Positions 9,209-18,309 of a stretch of 32,000 nucleotides of DNA are shown here, piece after piece. Within the stretch, counting starts at the first letter, position 1. Every line of letters begins with the position of its first letter. Source of the DNA: Nautilia sp. PV-1 (lineage in GTDB: Bacteria > Campylobacterota > Campylobacteria > Campylobacterales > Nautiliaceae); the NCBI RefSeq assembly GCF_004006315.1, contig NZ_CP026530.1, positions 585,889-617,888 of the forward strand, given 5' to 3'. Under the pieces are notes generated by a model that was not told where the DNA came from, did no database searches, and saw only the letters and a list, made by a program, of their open reading frames with translations. The translations under genes and the position numbers were made by a program.

Positions 9209-11583
9209 TTCACTTCTTTTAACATTGCGTTTGCCATAGTGTTGACTTTGTTTGCAATATTGTCGACTGTAAGGATATTTTCTTCCATTTTTTGTGTTTT
9301 TTGATTTACATTCATTATCTTTTCGGAAGTAGTATTAATTTTGTCGGCCTGATTTACAATACTTTCTCCTATTGTCGTTATAGACTGGGTTAAAATATTT
9401 ATATTGCTATCAATTTCATTTAAACTTTTTTGTGTTTTTTCAGCTAATTTTCTGACTTCGTCTGCAACAACGGCAAAACCTCTTCCGTGTTCTCCGGCTC
9501 TTGCAGCTTCTATAGCGGCGTTTAAAGCAAGTAAATTGGTCTGATCGGCTATTTCCTGTATTATTTTTACAATATTTTTAATATCGTGAGACTGTTCTAC
9601 TACATTTTTGGTATCGTTTGATATATTTAATACTTCTTCGTTTATCATTTGAATATCGTTTGTTACTTCGGAAAGCTCCTCAGACGCTTCTTTGGCAAAA
9701 TGTTTCAGCTGATTCATTTTTTCTTTTAATTGATTGGCTGAAGCGTTTAACTCTTCACCGTTTTCTTTATTTTTGCTTAATATATTTACAATGGTTTCAA
9801 GCACGGAATTAACGGCTTTTTCAACTTTACCTACCGCATGTTCTATTTTTTTGCTGAAGTCCCTTTTCATAGCCCTGTCGAGAACATATACCGTTTTATT
9901 TATGTCTTTGCCTATTATCATTTGAAAATTTTCAAGCATCGCATTGAATATATTTCTTATTTTTTCCAATTCAGGATCTGCCGCTTTTTCACGGATTTGT
10001 CCTTCGAAAATGCCTTTTTTCATTTTTTCAACTTCATTTCCTAAAGCCGTAATCATTAAATTGTCCTGGGCTAGTTTCTGTTCTATTTTTACAATGTTTT
10101 CATTTACTGTTTTCGCCATTTTTCCAAATTCGTCCATGGTGTTGATTTCTATTTCTTTTGCTGAATCGGTTTCTTTGTTTATAAATCTGAAAAACTCGTT
10201 TAATCCGTCTTGGAATATTTGAATGTTTGTTATTATGTTTTTAGATGTTAAGAAGATCATAAATGCGATAATAATAAATAAAAGCAGATACAGCGTGCTG
10301 ATTAGTATTATAAGCTCTATGTTTGTTTTATAGTCGGAATCAACAATTTTTAATATATCTTTTTTTATATAATTTATAATATTGTTTAACGTTTTTATTT
10401 TGTTGTTAATTATTTTTAAAAACTGTTTGTTGTTTTCTTTTAAAAAGAAGAAATTGCTTAAATTTCCTATGATATTTAATACATCCCCGTCATGTTCTGA
10501 TAGTTTGTCATTTAATTTTTCTAAAGGAAGGTTGCCGTTTTTTTCTAATATTTGTATTTTTTGATTATAGATATTTAAAAGTTTGTGTAATAGATTTTTT
10601 TCTATGTCGGTAACATAAGGTAGGGCAAGATAAGAGTTAATATCGTCTTTTAGATCGTCTACGTCGCCTTTCATATCGTCAATAAGATCTTTGTCTTTTG
10701 TTGCGTAATAATTTCTTAAATCTGTTTCAAAGCCGTTTGCTCCTATATCGTCTTTAATAAAACTGACCTGGATTTTTTTGTCTATATCATGCAGAAGTAC
10801 GTTTTCAATATAAATTATTTTTCTAAAAATATTCTTATTGGCATTTATCTGTGAACTGTAATAATCCAATATGTTTTTGGGTGCATTTTTTTTGAAAAAG
10901 TTAATAAAGGTTTTTTGTTTGGTTATAACCTGTGAAAAAAGTTCATAACTTTCCGGGCTGAACAGACCGCTTGAAATAGCTTCGGAGGCTATGATTTTTT
11001 CTATTTCAGTTTTTTCTTTGGTATTTAAAATAGCAAAATAAGAATTTATTATTTTAGAAAGTTTTTCATCCGGGGATAAATATGAAAGTGTTTCAAAAAG
11101 GGAGATTAAATTTGAATTTAATTGAGAATAAAAGGTAATAACCCTGTTTGTTTTTACTAAACCTGTATCTATCTTTTTTCTGACGGTGTTTAAATTTGAA
11201 AGATTATCCAGAATGATTTTTATTTTTTTATAAAAGTCGTAATTTATGTTATTTATTTTCTGCAATGTTATGTGATTTAAAGTAGTAATAAATATATTTT
11301 TGCCGGTATCGGTGTTTTTTCTTTGTTTGAGCATTGCGTTTTTATCGGAAGGGTCTTTTGAATATAAATAAAAAACGGATAATGTTCTTTCTTTTTGAAG
11401 TTCGTTTACTAATTTTTCGGCTTTCAAAGTTAACTGCATTAAGGTCTTGATATTATTAAGCCGGTTTATGTTTTCATATCTTTTATAAATAGAACTTATC
11501 ATAAGCCATAACAAAAAAGCGGACGGAATGACTGTTATAAGCATTATCTTTCTTTTAATTGACAGGTTTTTGAAGAAATACAT
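9193..11583 (-). CDS. Methyl-accepting chemotaxis protein with N-terminal NIT-like (nitrate/nitrite-sensing) domain
   Basis: 796 aa; [21 protein letters not shown] resembles the NIT-domain signature; two TM segments; MCP core [40 protein letters not shown]. Confidence 0.85.
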   Translation of the reverse strand: MYFFKNLSIKRKIMLITVIPSAFLLWLMISSIYKRYENINRLNNIKTLMQLTLKAEKLVNELQKERTLSVFYLYSKDPSDKNAMLKQRKNTDTGKNIFITTLNHITLQKINNINYDFYKKIKIILDNLSNLNTVRKKIDTGLVKTNRVITFYSQLNSNLISLFETLSYLSPDEKLSKIINSYFAILNTKEKTEIEKIIASEAISSGLFSPESYELFSQVITKQKTFINFFKKNAPKNILDYYSSQINANKNIFRKIIYIENVLLHDIDKKIQVSFIKDDIGANGFETDLRNYYATKDKDLIDDMKGDVDDLKDDINSYLALPYVTDIEKNLLHKLLNIYNQKIQILEKNGNLPLEKLNDKLSEHDGDVLNIIGNLSNFFFLKENNKQFLKIINNKIKTLNNIINYIKKDILKIVDSDYKTNIELIILISTLYLLLFIIIAFMIFLTSKNIITNIQIFQDGLNEFFRFINKETDSAKEIEINTMDEFGKMAKTVNENIVKIEQKLAQDNLMITALGNEVEKMKKGIFEGQIREKAADPELEKIRNIFNAMLENFQMIIGKDINKTVYVLDRAMKRDFSKKIEHAVGKVEKAVNSVLETIVNILSKNKENGEELNASANQLKEKMNQLKHFAKEASEELSEVTNDIQMINEEVLNISNDTKNVVEQSHDIKNIVKIIQEIADQTNLLALNAAIEAARAGEHGRGFAVVADEVRKLAEKTQKSLNEIDSNINILTQSITTIGESIVNQADKINTTSEKIMNVNQKTQKMEENILTVDNIANKVNTMANAMLKEVNKNKI

Positions 11584-11706
11584 TTGACATCCTTTATGAA
11601 TAGTTGTTCATAACTTTGTATTATACACATTTTTTCTTCAAATTCAATAAATATATTTTTAATTTATATTTAATTTGAATTTTTTGAATTTTTTTCATAA
11701 ATTCTC

Positions 11707-11735
11707 TTGACATTGAAAAATAATTTCCATATAAT
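11707..11735 (+). promoter_or_regulatory. Sigma70-type promoter for the tRNA cluster
   Basis: TTGACA (11707-11712), 17-nt spacer, TATAAT (11730-11735), about 36 nt upstream of tRNA-Lys. Confidence 0.8.
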
Positions 11736-11770
11736 TTCAGTCCACAACGACAAGTTGTGAAAGAAAAGCT

Positions 11771-11846
11771 GACCCGTTAGCTCAGTCGGTAGAGCATCTG
11801 CCTTTTAAGCAGAGGGCCGTTGGTTCGAATCCAACACGGGTCACCA
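11771..11846 (+). tRNA. tRNA-Lys (anticodon TTT)
   Basis: GACCCGT/ACGGGTC acceptor pairing, CTTTTAA anticodon loop, GGTTCGAATCC T arm, encoded CCA. Confidence 0.95.
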
Positions 11847-11854
11847 CGCTAAAT

Positions 11855-11929
<75 letters not shown>

Positions 11930-11964
11930 CTTCACAAAGTCCTAATCCATTAATAAAATTTGTT

Positions 11965-12040
11965 GGTCGCTTAGCTCAGTTGGGAGAGCACCAGCCTTAC
12001 AAGCTGGGGGTCGCAGGTTCGAGCCCTGCAGCGACCACCA
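11965..12040 (+). tRNA. tRNA-Val (anticodon TAC)
   Basis: GGTCGCT/AGCGACC acceptor, CTTACAA anticodon loop, encoded CCA. Confidence 0.95.
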
Positions 12041-12057
12041 TCTACAATGCCAAGAGT

Positions 12058-12135
<78 letters not shown>

Positions 12136-12186
12136 CACTTCAAAAACTCCGTAATTTCGGTATCTTTTAAAAATCAACGAGGTAAG

Positions 12187-12230
12187 TGTCAGTCGTTTTT
12201 GGCGGATTTTTACTGACAATTTAACTGACA
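12187..12230. repeat. Candidate left integrase arm sites
   Basis: Inverted TGTCAGT at 12187-12193, direct ACTGACA at 12212-12218 and 12224-12230 (12-bp period); same pair near the right end. Confidence 0.55.
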
Positions 12231-12263
12231 AATTTTATTTGTTTTTAAAAAATTATTTTATTT

Positions 12264-12692
12264 TTATAAATGTATAATTTCTATATTAAAAAATTTTTTT
12301 AAATATTCTGCACTTAATCTTCTGTGACATTTATCAGCTGTCTTTTCACTACATAATAAAACTGCATTTTCAAAATCATTAATATTTATTTTATCTTCTA
12401 TTTTTCTTTCTTTTAATAAGTTTAAAAAAATATTTTCATATTCTTCCCATGTTATTTTTTTATTTTTATAGTTTTTCAATAATTCTTCTGTTGGAAAAAA
12501 AAGTTTGTTATGTTCATATTTAATACCATGTAATTTTAAAAAATAAGGAAAATGTTTTATATTTGTAAAGCCAGCAAGTTGTGACTTATTATTTAATCTT
12601 ATATCTATAACTTTTTGTATATTATTTCTAGTTAGTAAATTAAAAAATTCTTCCGCACTTTTTCCAGAAAATCCAATTGTAAATAATTTCAT
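12264..12692 (-). CDS. DUF488-family protein (short form)
   Basis: MKLFTIGFSGKSAEEFFNLLTRNNIQKVIDIRLNNKSQLAGF...WEEYENIFLNLLKER...AVLLCSEKTADKCHRRLSAEYL. Confidence 0.85.
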   Translation of the reverse strand: MKLFTIGFSGKSAEEFFNLLTRNNIQKVIDIRLNNKSQLAGFTNIKHFPYFLKLHGIKYEHNKLFFPTEELLKNYKNKKITWEEYENIFLNLLKERKIEDKININDFENAVLLCSEKTADKCHRRLSAEYLKKFFNIEIIHL

Positions 12693-13303
12693 TCATTATC
12701 CCCTTCTTTAGTAAATATATTGTAAGCTATATCTATATTTCTAAGCTTATATGCTTTTTGTAATCTTTCTTCATCGCTGATTTCAGGATGAAATAAATTT
12801 TTTTCTGGTAAAAATTTTATATATTTTTCCAAAAGTTTTTTTTCAAGGTAGGCTTGGGATAGTATTTTATCAGGATAAATATGATAAATATTAAATTTAT
12901 TTCTTAGGAATCTTGAAATTAAAGAAAATCTGTGGCAATCAAACGCTTCTTTTTCGCTGCACATTAATGCGATTTTATAACCTTTTTTTACCCCGTTTAA
13001 AATTCTATCAATTCCGTCTTGAAATTTTTTAGTTTGCATTACTTTTTCAAAATTTACTTTTCCATCTTCAAAAATTAAATTTTTATCTTCCCATCTTGCA
13101 CCTAAAGAATTGCCCATAAATATATAATAAATTTTGTTTTTCTTTAAATAAAATTGTAAATCTTCTTTATTGAACCAGTAAGCATATTTTGAATAAGGAA
13201 TACTTCTTACATCTACAATTACATCAATATTATTTTTTTGAAGTAATTTTATAAAATCTTCTAATTTATGTGTAGAATGCCCTATCGTGAAAATTTCTTC
13301 CAT
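12689..13303 (-). CDS. DUF488-family protein (second, distinct subfamily, 204 aa)
   Basis: EIFTIGHSTHKLEDFIKLLQKNNIDVIVDVRSIPYSKYAYWFNKEDLQFYLKKNKIYYIFMGNSLGAR...IALMCSEKEAFDCHR; 4-nt overlap with the downstream DUF488 gene. Confidence 0.85.
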   Translation of the reverse strand: MEEIFTIGHSTHKLEDFIKLLQKNNIDVIVDVRSIPYSKYAYWFNKEDLQFYLKKNKIYYIFMGNSLGARWEDKNLIFEDGKVNFEKVMQTKKFQDGIDRILNGVKKGYKIALMCSEKEAFDCHRFSLISRFLRNKFNIYHIYPDKILSQAYLEKKLLEKYIKFLPEKNLFHPEISDEERLQKAYKLRNIDIAYNIFTKEGDNE

Positions 13304-13322
13304 TTTAATTAAACTCCTATAT

Positions 13323-13988
13323 CTATAAACCTAGGATATCCCATACCTTCTTTTCAGGAAGTATATCTACAAATACTTTTGCAATAATTTTATAACAGTT
13401 GCCGTTAAATGGTTCTCCTAAACTAACAACGAGATAAACATCTTCTATAACTTGTTCTTTTAAATATTCAAAATCCGGATCAGTTAATGGCAAATCGTAA
13501 GTTATATTATTATATATAAATTTTCCTCTTCTTTGCAAAGATTTATTATTTCCTCTATCTTTCCAATATAAACTGATTTTATTAACCTTAATTAAAAAAA
13601 GAGAATAATTAATTTTAAGGTTTTCATCATACTTTATATAATTTTCTTTTCCCCATAAGCTTTTAGGAGTATACACAAAATTTTCTAATTCCTTTAAGTC
13701 AATTTCATTTATAAATTCAATTTTTTTATCAATAATAACATTTTCTGGTTGACAATTTAAAGGAACTTCTTTTAATATTTTTATTTTTGCCAAAAAAGGA
13801 AGATTATTTCGTATTGGAAATATGCAATTATATCCGAGTATATTATAGTCACTCCAAATAATTTCTTTTCCGTTTTTATCTGCAACTATTCGGTAAAATT
13901 TTTTATTATGTATGTCAATTACTGCTACACAATTTTCTGAATGTTTTACTGATGAAGCTACAAAAATTACTTTTTTTTCCAAAATCAT
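13323..13988 (-). CDS. Hypothetical protein resembling dual OB-domain (DuOB-like) family; first gene of the DUF488 operon
   Basis: FVASSVKHSENCVAVIDIHNKKFYRIV..., PLNCQPENVII, YDLPLTDPDFE resemble the family from memory only; 19 nt from the next gene. A TTG start at 13982 is possible, because AAGGA abuts the annotated ATG. Confidence 0.5.
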   Translation of the reverse strand: MILEKKVIFVASSVKHSENCVAVIDIHNKKFYRIVADKNGKEIIWSDYNILGYNCIFPIRNNLPFLAKIKILKEVPLNCQPENVIIDKKIEFINEIDLKELENFVYTPKSLWGKENYIKYDENLKINYSLFLIKVNKISLYWKDRGNNKSLQRRGKFIYNNITYDLPLTDPDFEYLKEQVIEDVYLVVSLGEPFNGNCYKIIAKVFVDILPEKKVWDILGL

Positions 13989-14085
13989 TCCTTAATTTTA
14001 AATTATATTATATATTTTACTTTAATACTTTTTTAAAAGCAAGGAATAAATTTTCAACTTTAAGTTTTAGCTTTATAAAAAATCA

Positions 14086-15411
14086 TTAATCTCCAATATT
14101 TTTACTGCTTTTTATACGTTTTTTTGAAGTATGCGTTAATGTTTTGTTTATTTCATTTTTTCCGTTTTTTTCAGCTTTATTTTCTTTATTAAATTCATAT
14201 TCCATTTCCGTATAATCCCTTTCAATTTTAAGTTTGACATTTTCATTTTCTAAATCTTTGATTTTTGTTTTTAAGATTTGATTTTTCTCTTTTTCCTGTT
14301 TCAGTTCTTTTTGAAGCTGTTTTACTCTAAAAACGGCTTCGATGAATTCTTTGCCATAGTCTTTTTTGGTTGATGTTGTGGATTTGATTATCTTTTTAGC
14401 CTTATCGGTTTTAATAACTTTTTCTTTTTTAATCAATCCTGTTTCGGTTGAGTGTTTTTCGATAAGCTCAAGCTGTCTTTTTCTAATTCTCTCTTTGATT
14501 GAATTTTCAAATTCGTTTAGCATATGATTTATGTCTTTAAGGGTTGAGACTTTTAAAAGTTTTTTGATTTGAGATAACGTTTGGTAATCATCTTTGGTAA
14601 ATAGTTTATATTGTTCGTTTGCTTCTTGGAGTTTATTATAGTCTTTCATCTGGTTTCTTAATTTTTGGATTCTTTTTTCAAGTCCTTTTTTGGTAAGTTC
14701 GAGTTTTCTGATTTCGGCGTCTTTAAGTAATAAATCTTTTTTTAGTTTTCTGTTTTTCTCTTCAGTTTGTTTTCTTAAATTTTTTTCTTTTTCAAGCTCT
14801 TTTTTTAATTTTAAAACTTCATCGTTTTTAATTTTCATGGCTCTTTTGTATTCGTAGGTGTCAAGTCTTTTTGGTCTTTTTTTCTTTTCTTGCGTATAGT
14901 TTACGCCTCTAGGCATGTTTAAGAGTTTTGCGACTTCATCCTGAAGGGTAATTAAATCTTTTTTGTCCATTTTTCTTCTGACACTCACACCTTCGTTGTC
15001 TATTCCTATAAAGAGTATATGTGCATGATAGTTGATAATTTTATTTCCGTTTTCATCTATGTGTCCTTCGTCTTTATGGATGGCAAACTGGATTACTTTT
15101 GTGTTATATCTTTTCTCAATAAATCTGACTATTTTTTCCAAATCTTCTTTTGTGTGTTTTTCGTTAAGGTTGATTACGGCACTGAAAAGGGTAATCGTTT
15201 TTTTATGAAGTTTCTTACCTGTTCTTCTTTGATAAAGTTCCGTTCTTTTTTTAAGTTCATTGAAATATAATTCCATTGCTTCGTTTGCTTTAAGACTGCA
15301 GTAATTATCATCTTTACTGAATATTGAATTGTTTGTATCCTTTTCCCTGCTGTTGTGATAGAATTCACCGATATTCGCTTTTTCAATATGGATTGAGGAT
15401 TTTCTAATCAT
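14086..15411 (-). CDS. Mob/Pre (MobV-like) plasmid mobilization relaxase with long coiled-coil C-terminus
   Basis: N-terminal SSIHIEKANIGEFYHNSREKDTNNSIF; FAIHKDEGHIDENGNKIINYHAHILF (HxDE plus HxH metal-binding motif); RGVNYTQEKKKRPKRLDTYEYK; AAGGAG RBS upstream. Confidence 0.78.
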   Translation of the reverse strand: MIRKSSIHIEKANIGEFYHNSREKDTNNSIFSKDDNYCSLKANEAMELYFNELKKRTELYQRRTGKKLHKKTITLFSAVINLNEKHTKEDLEKIVRFIEKRYNTKVIQFAIHKDEGHIDENGNKIINYHAHILFIGIDNEGVSVRRKMDKKDLITLQDEVAKLLNMPRGVNYTQEKKKRPKRLDTYEYKRAMKIKNDEVLKLKKELEKEKNLRKQTEEKNRKLKKDLLLKDAEIRKLELTKKGLEKRIQKLRNQMKDYNKLQEANEQYKLFTKDDYQTLSQIKKLLKVSTLKDINHMLNEFENSIKERIRKRQLELIEKHSTETGLIKKEKVIKTDKAKKIIKSTTSTKKDYGKEFIEAVFRVKQLQKELKQEKEKNQILKTKIKDLENENVKLKIERDYTEMEYEFNKENKAEKNGKNEINKTLTHTSKKRIKSSKNIGD

Positions 15412-15423
15412 TACGTAACTCCT

Positions 15424-15480
15424 TTACGCACTTGCGATTGTAAGCTTGCCGAACAATTGCGTAGTGCGTACGCACTACAC
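15424..15480 (-). promoter_or_regulatory. Candidate oriT / mob control region with palindromes
   Basis: Perfect 18-bp palindrome GTAGTGCGTACGCACTAC (15461-15478) beside an imperfect inverted repeat GCACTTGCGATTG...CAATTGCGTAGTGC, immediately upstream of the relaxase gene. Confidence 0.5.
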
Positions 15481-15598
15481 GTTTTCGTAAACTCAAACGC
15501 TTGTGCTTTTTAATCTATTTATATGAGTTTAAATTTTTTTAATGGGTTACAAGAAAAAAGAAGAAGAAATTAGGAAAGATAAAATTGTGAGTCAGTTA

Positions 15599-15787
15599 TT
15601 AGTTTATCGTAGAAGATGTTTGAGGTTGTTGAATGTTATTATTTGGAAGTGAGAGAAGTTTGTTTAATTCAGATTGAGTAATATTAATCTGTTCTTTTAT
15701 CTTTTTTATTTTCGATTCCAGTAGGGCTTCTTCTTTTTGCAGTTTTTCTAACTTATTGATTAGCTGTTTTATTTTTCTGTAATCCAT
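15599..15787 (-). CDS. Small coiled-coil protein (possible mobilization accessory protein)
   Basis: 62 aa, MDYRKIKQLINKLEKLQKEEALLESKIKKIKEQINITQSEL...; AAGGAG 7 nt upstream of the ATG; divergent from the HTH gene. Confidence 0.5.
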   Translation of the reverse strand: MDYRKIKQLINKLEKLQKEEALLESKIKKIKEQINITQSELNKLLSLPNNNIQQPQTSSTIN

Positions 15788-15935
15788 GGGATAACTCCTT
15801 TTGAGATTAATTATAATAAAGAAGTTATCTTTAAATCGTTTTAGTAAAAAAATTTAAGAAATTTTCAGAAATTTTTTCAATTTCGAGTTTTTTTGAAATT
15901 CTTTATTATAATTAAGTAACAAAAAGGATAAGCCT

Positions 15936-16151
15936 ATGAAGCCTTTTTGTTACTCTACATCTAAAATGGCAGACTATCTCGGTGTAAGTAAAGACTTTCT
16001 TCTTAAAAACAAGAATAAACTCTTCAAAAAAGGAATCCACTATTACGAACCGTATGGAATAAAGAAAACCTTATGGAACGTAGCACAGATGGAAAAATGG
16101 ATAACGGGCAGGGAGGAAAATCCTTTTAAAGAGATTTTAAATGAGCTATAA
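15936..16151 (+). CDS. AlpA/excisionase-like helix-turn-helix DNA-binding protein
   Basis: 71 aa, STSKMADYLGVSKDFLLKNKNKLFKKGIHYYEP...KTLWNVAQMEKWITG; 39 nt upstream of the integrase. Confidence 0.6.
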   Translation: MKPFCYSTSKMADYLGVSKDFLLKNKNKLFKKGIHYYEPYGIKKTLWNVAQMEKWITGREENPFKEILNEL

Positions 16152-16190
16152 TTGTATTACGATTGACACTTACCTCATAGGAGGTAAGAG

Positions 16191-17264
16191 ATGATAGAAA
16201 ATCCAAAAGTTAGTTTGTTTAATAGAAAAGGGAGATTATACGTTCAGTATTATATAAACGGCAGGTGTGTTCAAAAGTCACTTAAAAGGGATTACACCAA
16301 AGAAAACGTTAAGCTCGCTAAAAAATACGTTATTCCCGAAATCGAGAGGAAAATACTTTTAGGCGAGATTCAGGACAGTAAATTTAAACCCAAAGAATTC
16401 AAACATTACGCCGAGCTGTATCTGAAACAAAAAGAGTCTCTTAAAACATGGAAAGAGTTTAACAATATGGTTTCAAACCAGTTGATACCCGTTTTTGGAA
16501 GTTATACGATAGATAAAATCTCAAAAGGCTTCATCAAGCAATGGGTTGATGAGAGATTAAAAGAAGTCTCACCCATAAGAATGCAAAAATTTCTTGGAAT
16601 TCTTAAAGCCATATTTGAAATAGCAATTGACTATGAGCACATAAAAGAAAATCCTTGTGACAGAATCAAACTTCCAAAACATAATCCGATTAGGCAGATG
16701 TATCCTTTCAGTAAAGAGGAAGTAACTCTTATACTTAACAATGCTGACGGATGGTTTAAAAACTATTTGGCAATCGCTTTTATGACTGGTATGCGTCCGG
16801 GTGAGATTATCGCTTTAACGATTGATGATATCGATTTGGAAAATAAAACCATTAACGTAGATAAAAGAATCAAAAAAGGCGAAATAGGCACACCCAAAAC
16901 AAAACACTCAATAAGAAAAGTTCCTATAATGGATGAGCTTATCCCTTATTTAAAAAATCAAATCGAAACTCAAAAACAAAAAGGTCTTGATTTACTCTTT
17001 ACCACAATCAATAACAGGATGTATTACGACAGCGATAAATTCCATCCCTTCTGGTACAGACTGCTTGATAAGTGCGGTATTGAGAGAAGGGTAATGTATA
17101 ACACCAGACACACGTTTGCCTTAAACGCAATAAGAGCGGGTATCAATATACTTGACGTATCACAGATACTCGGACACAAAGATTCATACGAGACTCTTTC
17201 AACCTATGCGAAATACATAAAAAACGAACATTTAAAGATTAAAAGAGACATAAAACTTTACTGA
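16191..17264 (+). CDS. Tyrosine recombinase / phage-type integrase
   Basis: GMRPGEI (R), TPKTKHSIRKVPI (K region), YNTRHTFALNAI (xxxRH), ILGHKD (H), TLSTYAKY (Y); GGAGG RBS upstream. Confidence 0.93.
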   Translation: MIENPKVSLFNRKGRLYVQYYINGRCVQKSLKRDYTKENVKLAKKYVIPEIERKILLGEIQDSKFKPKEFKHYAELYLKQKESLKTWKEFNNMVSNQLIPVFGSYTIDKISKGFIKQWVDERLKEVSPIRMQKFLGILKAIFEIAIDYEHIKENPCDRIKLPKHNPIRQMYPFSKEEVTLILNNADGWFKNYLAIAFMTGMRPGEIIALTIDDIDLENKTINVDKRIKKGEIGTPKTKHSIRKVPIMDELIPYLKNQIETQKQKGLDLLFTTINNRMYYDSDKFHPFWYRLLDKCGIERRVMYNTRHTFALNAIRAGINILDVSQILGHKDSYETLSTYAKYIKNEHLKIKRDIKLY

Positions 17265-17278
17265 CAGTTCTACTGACA
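17260..17278 (+). repeat. Candidate right integrase arm sites
   Basis: ACTGACA at 17260-17266 and 17272-17278 (12-bp period), the first overlapping the integrase stop codon. Confidence 0.55.
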
Positions 17279-17318
17279 ACATAACGAAAAACACCATAAA
17301 TTCAATGTTTGAGAAATT

Positions 17319-17336
17319 TCCCGTCGGCTCCGCCAT
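17319..17336 (+). repeat. attR core repeat
   Basis: TCCCGTCGGCTCCGCCAT, exact copy of 12118..12135, not part of a complete tRNA. Confidence 0.85.
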
Positions 17337-17514
17337 TTAATGCTTCTCAATGTTTAGTGTCTGTCACTTAAAGTTTTATATTAATTCATCTTTTCTTTAC
17401 AGTAATTTTACAATTATTAAATTAAATTAAGTTAATTTTTCTTTATTTGTTTATTTATTGTCTCCGTACTGATATAATTTAAGTAAGAGAAATATATTTT
17501 TATAGGAATGCTGT

Positions 17515-17763
17515 ATGATGCCTGAAGAAAAAATACTAATTAAAAATTTAAAACATGAAGGTATTGATTTAAATTTTAAACAAAAAGCAATAGAGGCATT
17601 GAGTATAAACAACTTGGAAGATTTAAAAAAATATATTGAGAGATATAATATTAATATGATTATAGATATAACAGAAAGTATTGAAGAAAATAAAGAAAGG
17701 CTTTATTATTTGCTTAATGAAGAATTTTATAATTTGAGAGAAAACAATATTAATCTGTTTTAA
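17515..17763 (+). CDS. Hypothetical small protein
   Basis: 82-aa ORF just outside attR; C-terminal end overlaps the convergent gene by 14 nt. No recognised domain. Confidence 0.45.
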   Translation: MMPEEKILIKNLKHEGIDLNFKQKAIEALSINNLEDLKKYIERYNINMIIDITESIEENKERLYYLLNEEFYNLRENNINLF

Positions 17764-18307
17764 AATAATTATGTAAATGTTTTAACGAATTAATATGATA
17801 AAGATTGTATTTGTCGTTATTTTTTTCTAAAGTAAAAAACTCGATATTTTTATATGATGTCAAAAATATCAGTTTTTGGGTTGAGAGCCATTTATGCGTT
17901 GCTTCTATTTTTTTATTTATTTTTTCAAATCTTTCTTCATAAAATGAGGAATTATAAAACTCTTTTTTGTTTAAAGGCAGATATTCGCCTTCACACCCGA
18001 CGCCGCTGCAGCTTAAATCTAATAATATTTTATCATACCAAGGCGAGTAGGGATATATTTTACAAGCAGGAGGTCTGTTTTCGTATATTGTACATTTGCC
18101 GTTATTTAAATATGGGCAGGATATTTCGTTACTGAGCAGCATTACCGGTCTTAAATAATCAAGTTTAGCTATTAAAATAGGAAAATAATTATAAACTTTT
18201 TTGAAATCTTCAAGTATTAAAGGTGCCAGAGGTTTTTTACAGCATTCGGTACATTCTTTGCATCCTTTGAATTTAAGCAGTTCCAGATGTCTTATATCTA
18301 CAAACAT
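17750..18307 (-). CDS. YkgJ-family cysteine cluster protein
   Basis: CKECTECCKK, CPYLNNGKCTIYENRPPACKIYP. Confidence 0.8.
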   Translation of the reverse strand: MFVDIRHLELLKFKGCKECTECCKKPLAPLILEDFKKVYNYFPILIAKLDYLRPVMLLSNEISCPYLNNGKCTIYENRPPACKIYPYSPWYDKILLDLSCSGVGCEGEYLPLNKKEFYNSSFYEERFEKINKKIEATHKWLSTQKLIFLTSYKNIEFFTLEKNNDKYNLYHINSLKHLHNYFKTD

Positions 18308-18309
18308 AT

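Noticed and set aside
15019-15386. ORFs 15019..15270 (+) and 15174..15386 (-) inside the mob gene
   Set aside because: They overlap the conserved relaxase domain coding frame and have no support of their own.
16191-17264. Integrase as degenerate because box II reads YNTRHT rather than HxLRHT
   Set aside because: The first His is variable in many tyrosine integrases, and R, RH, H and Y residues are present.
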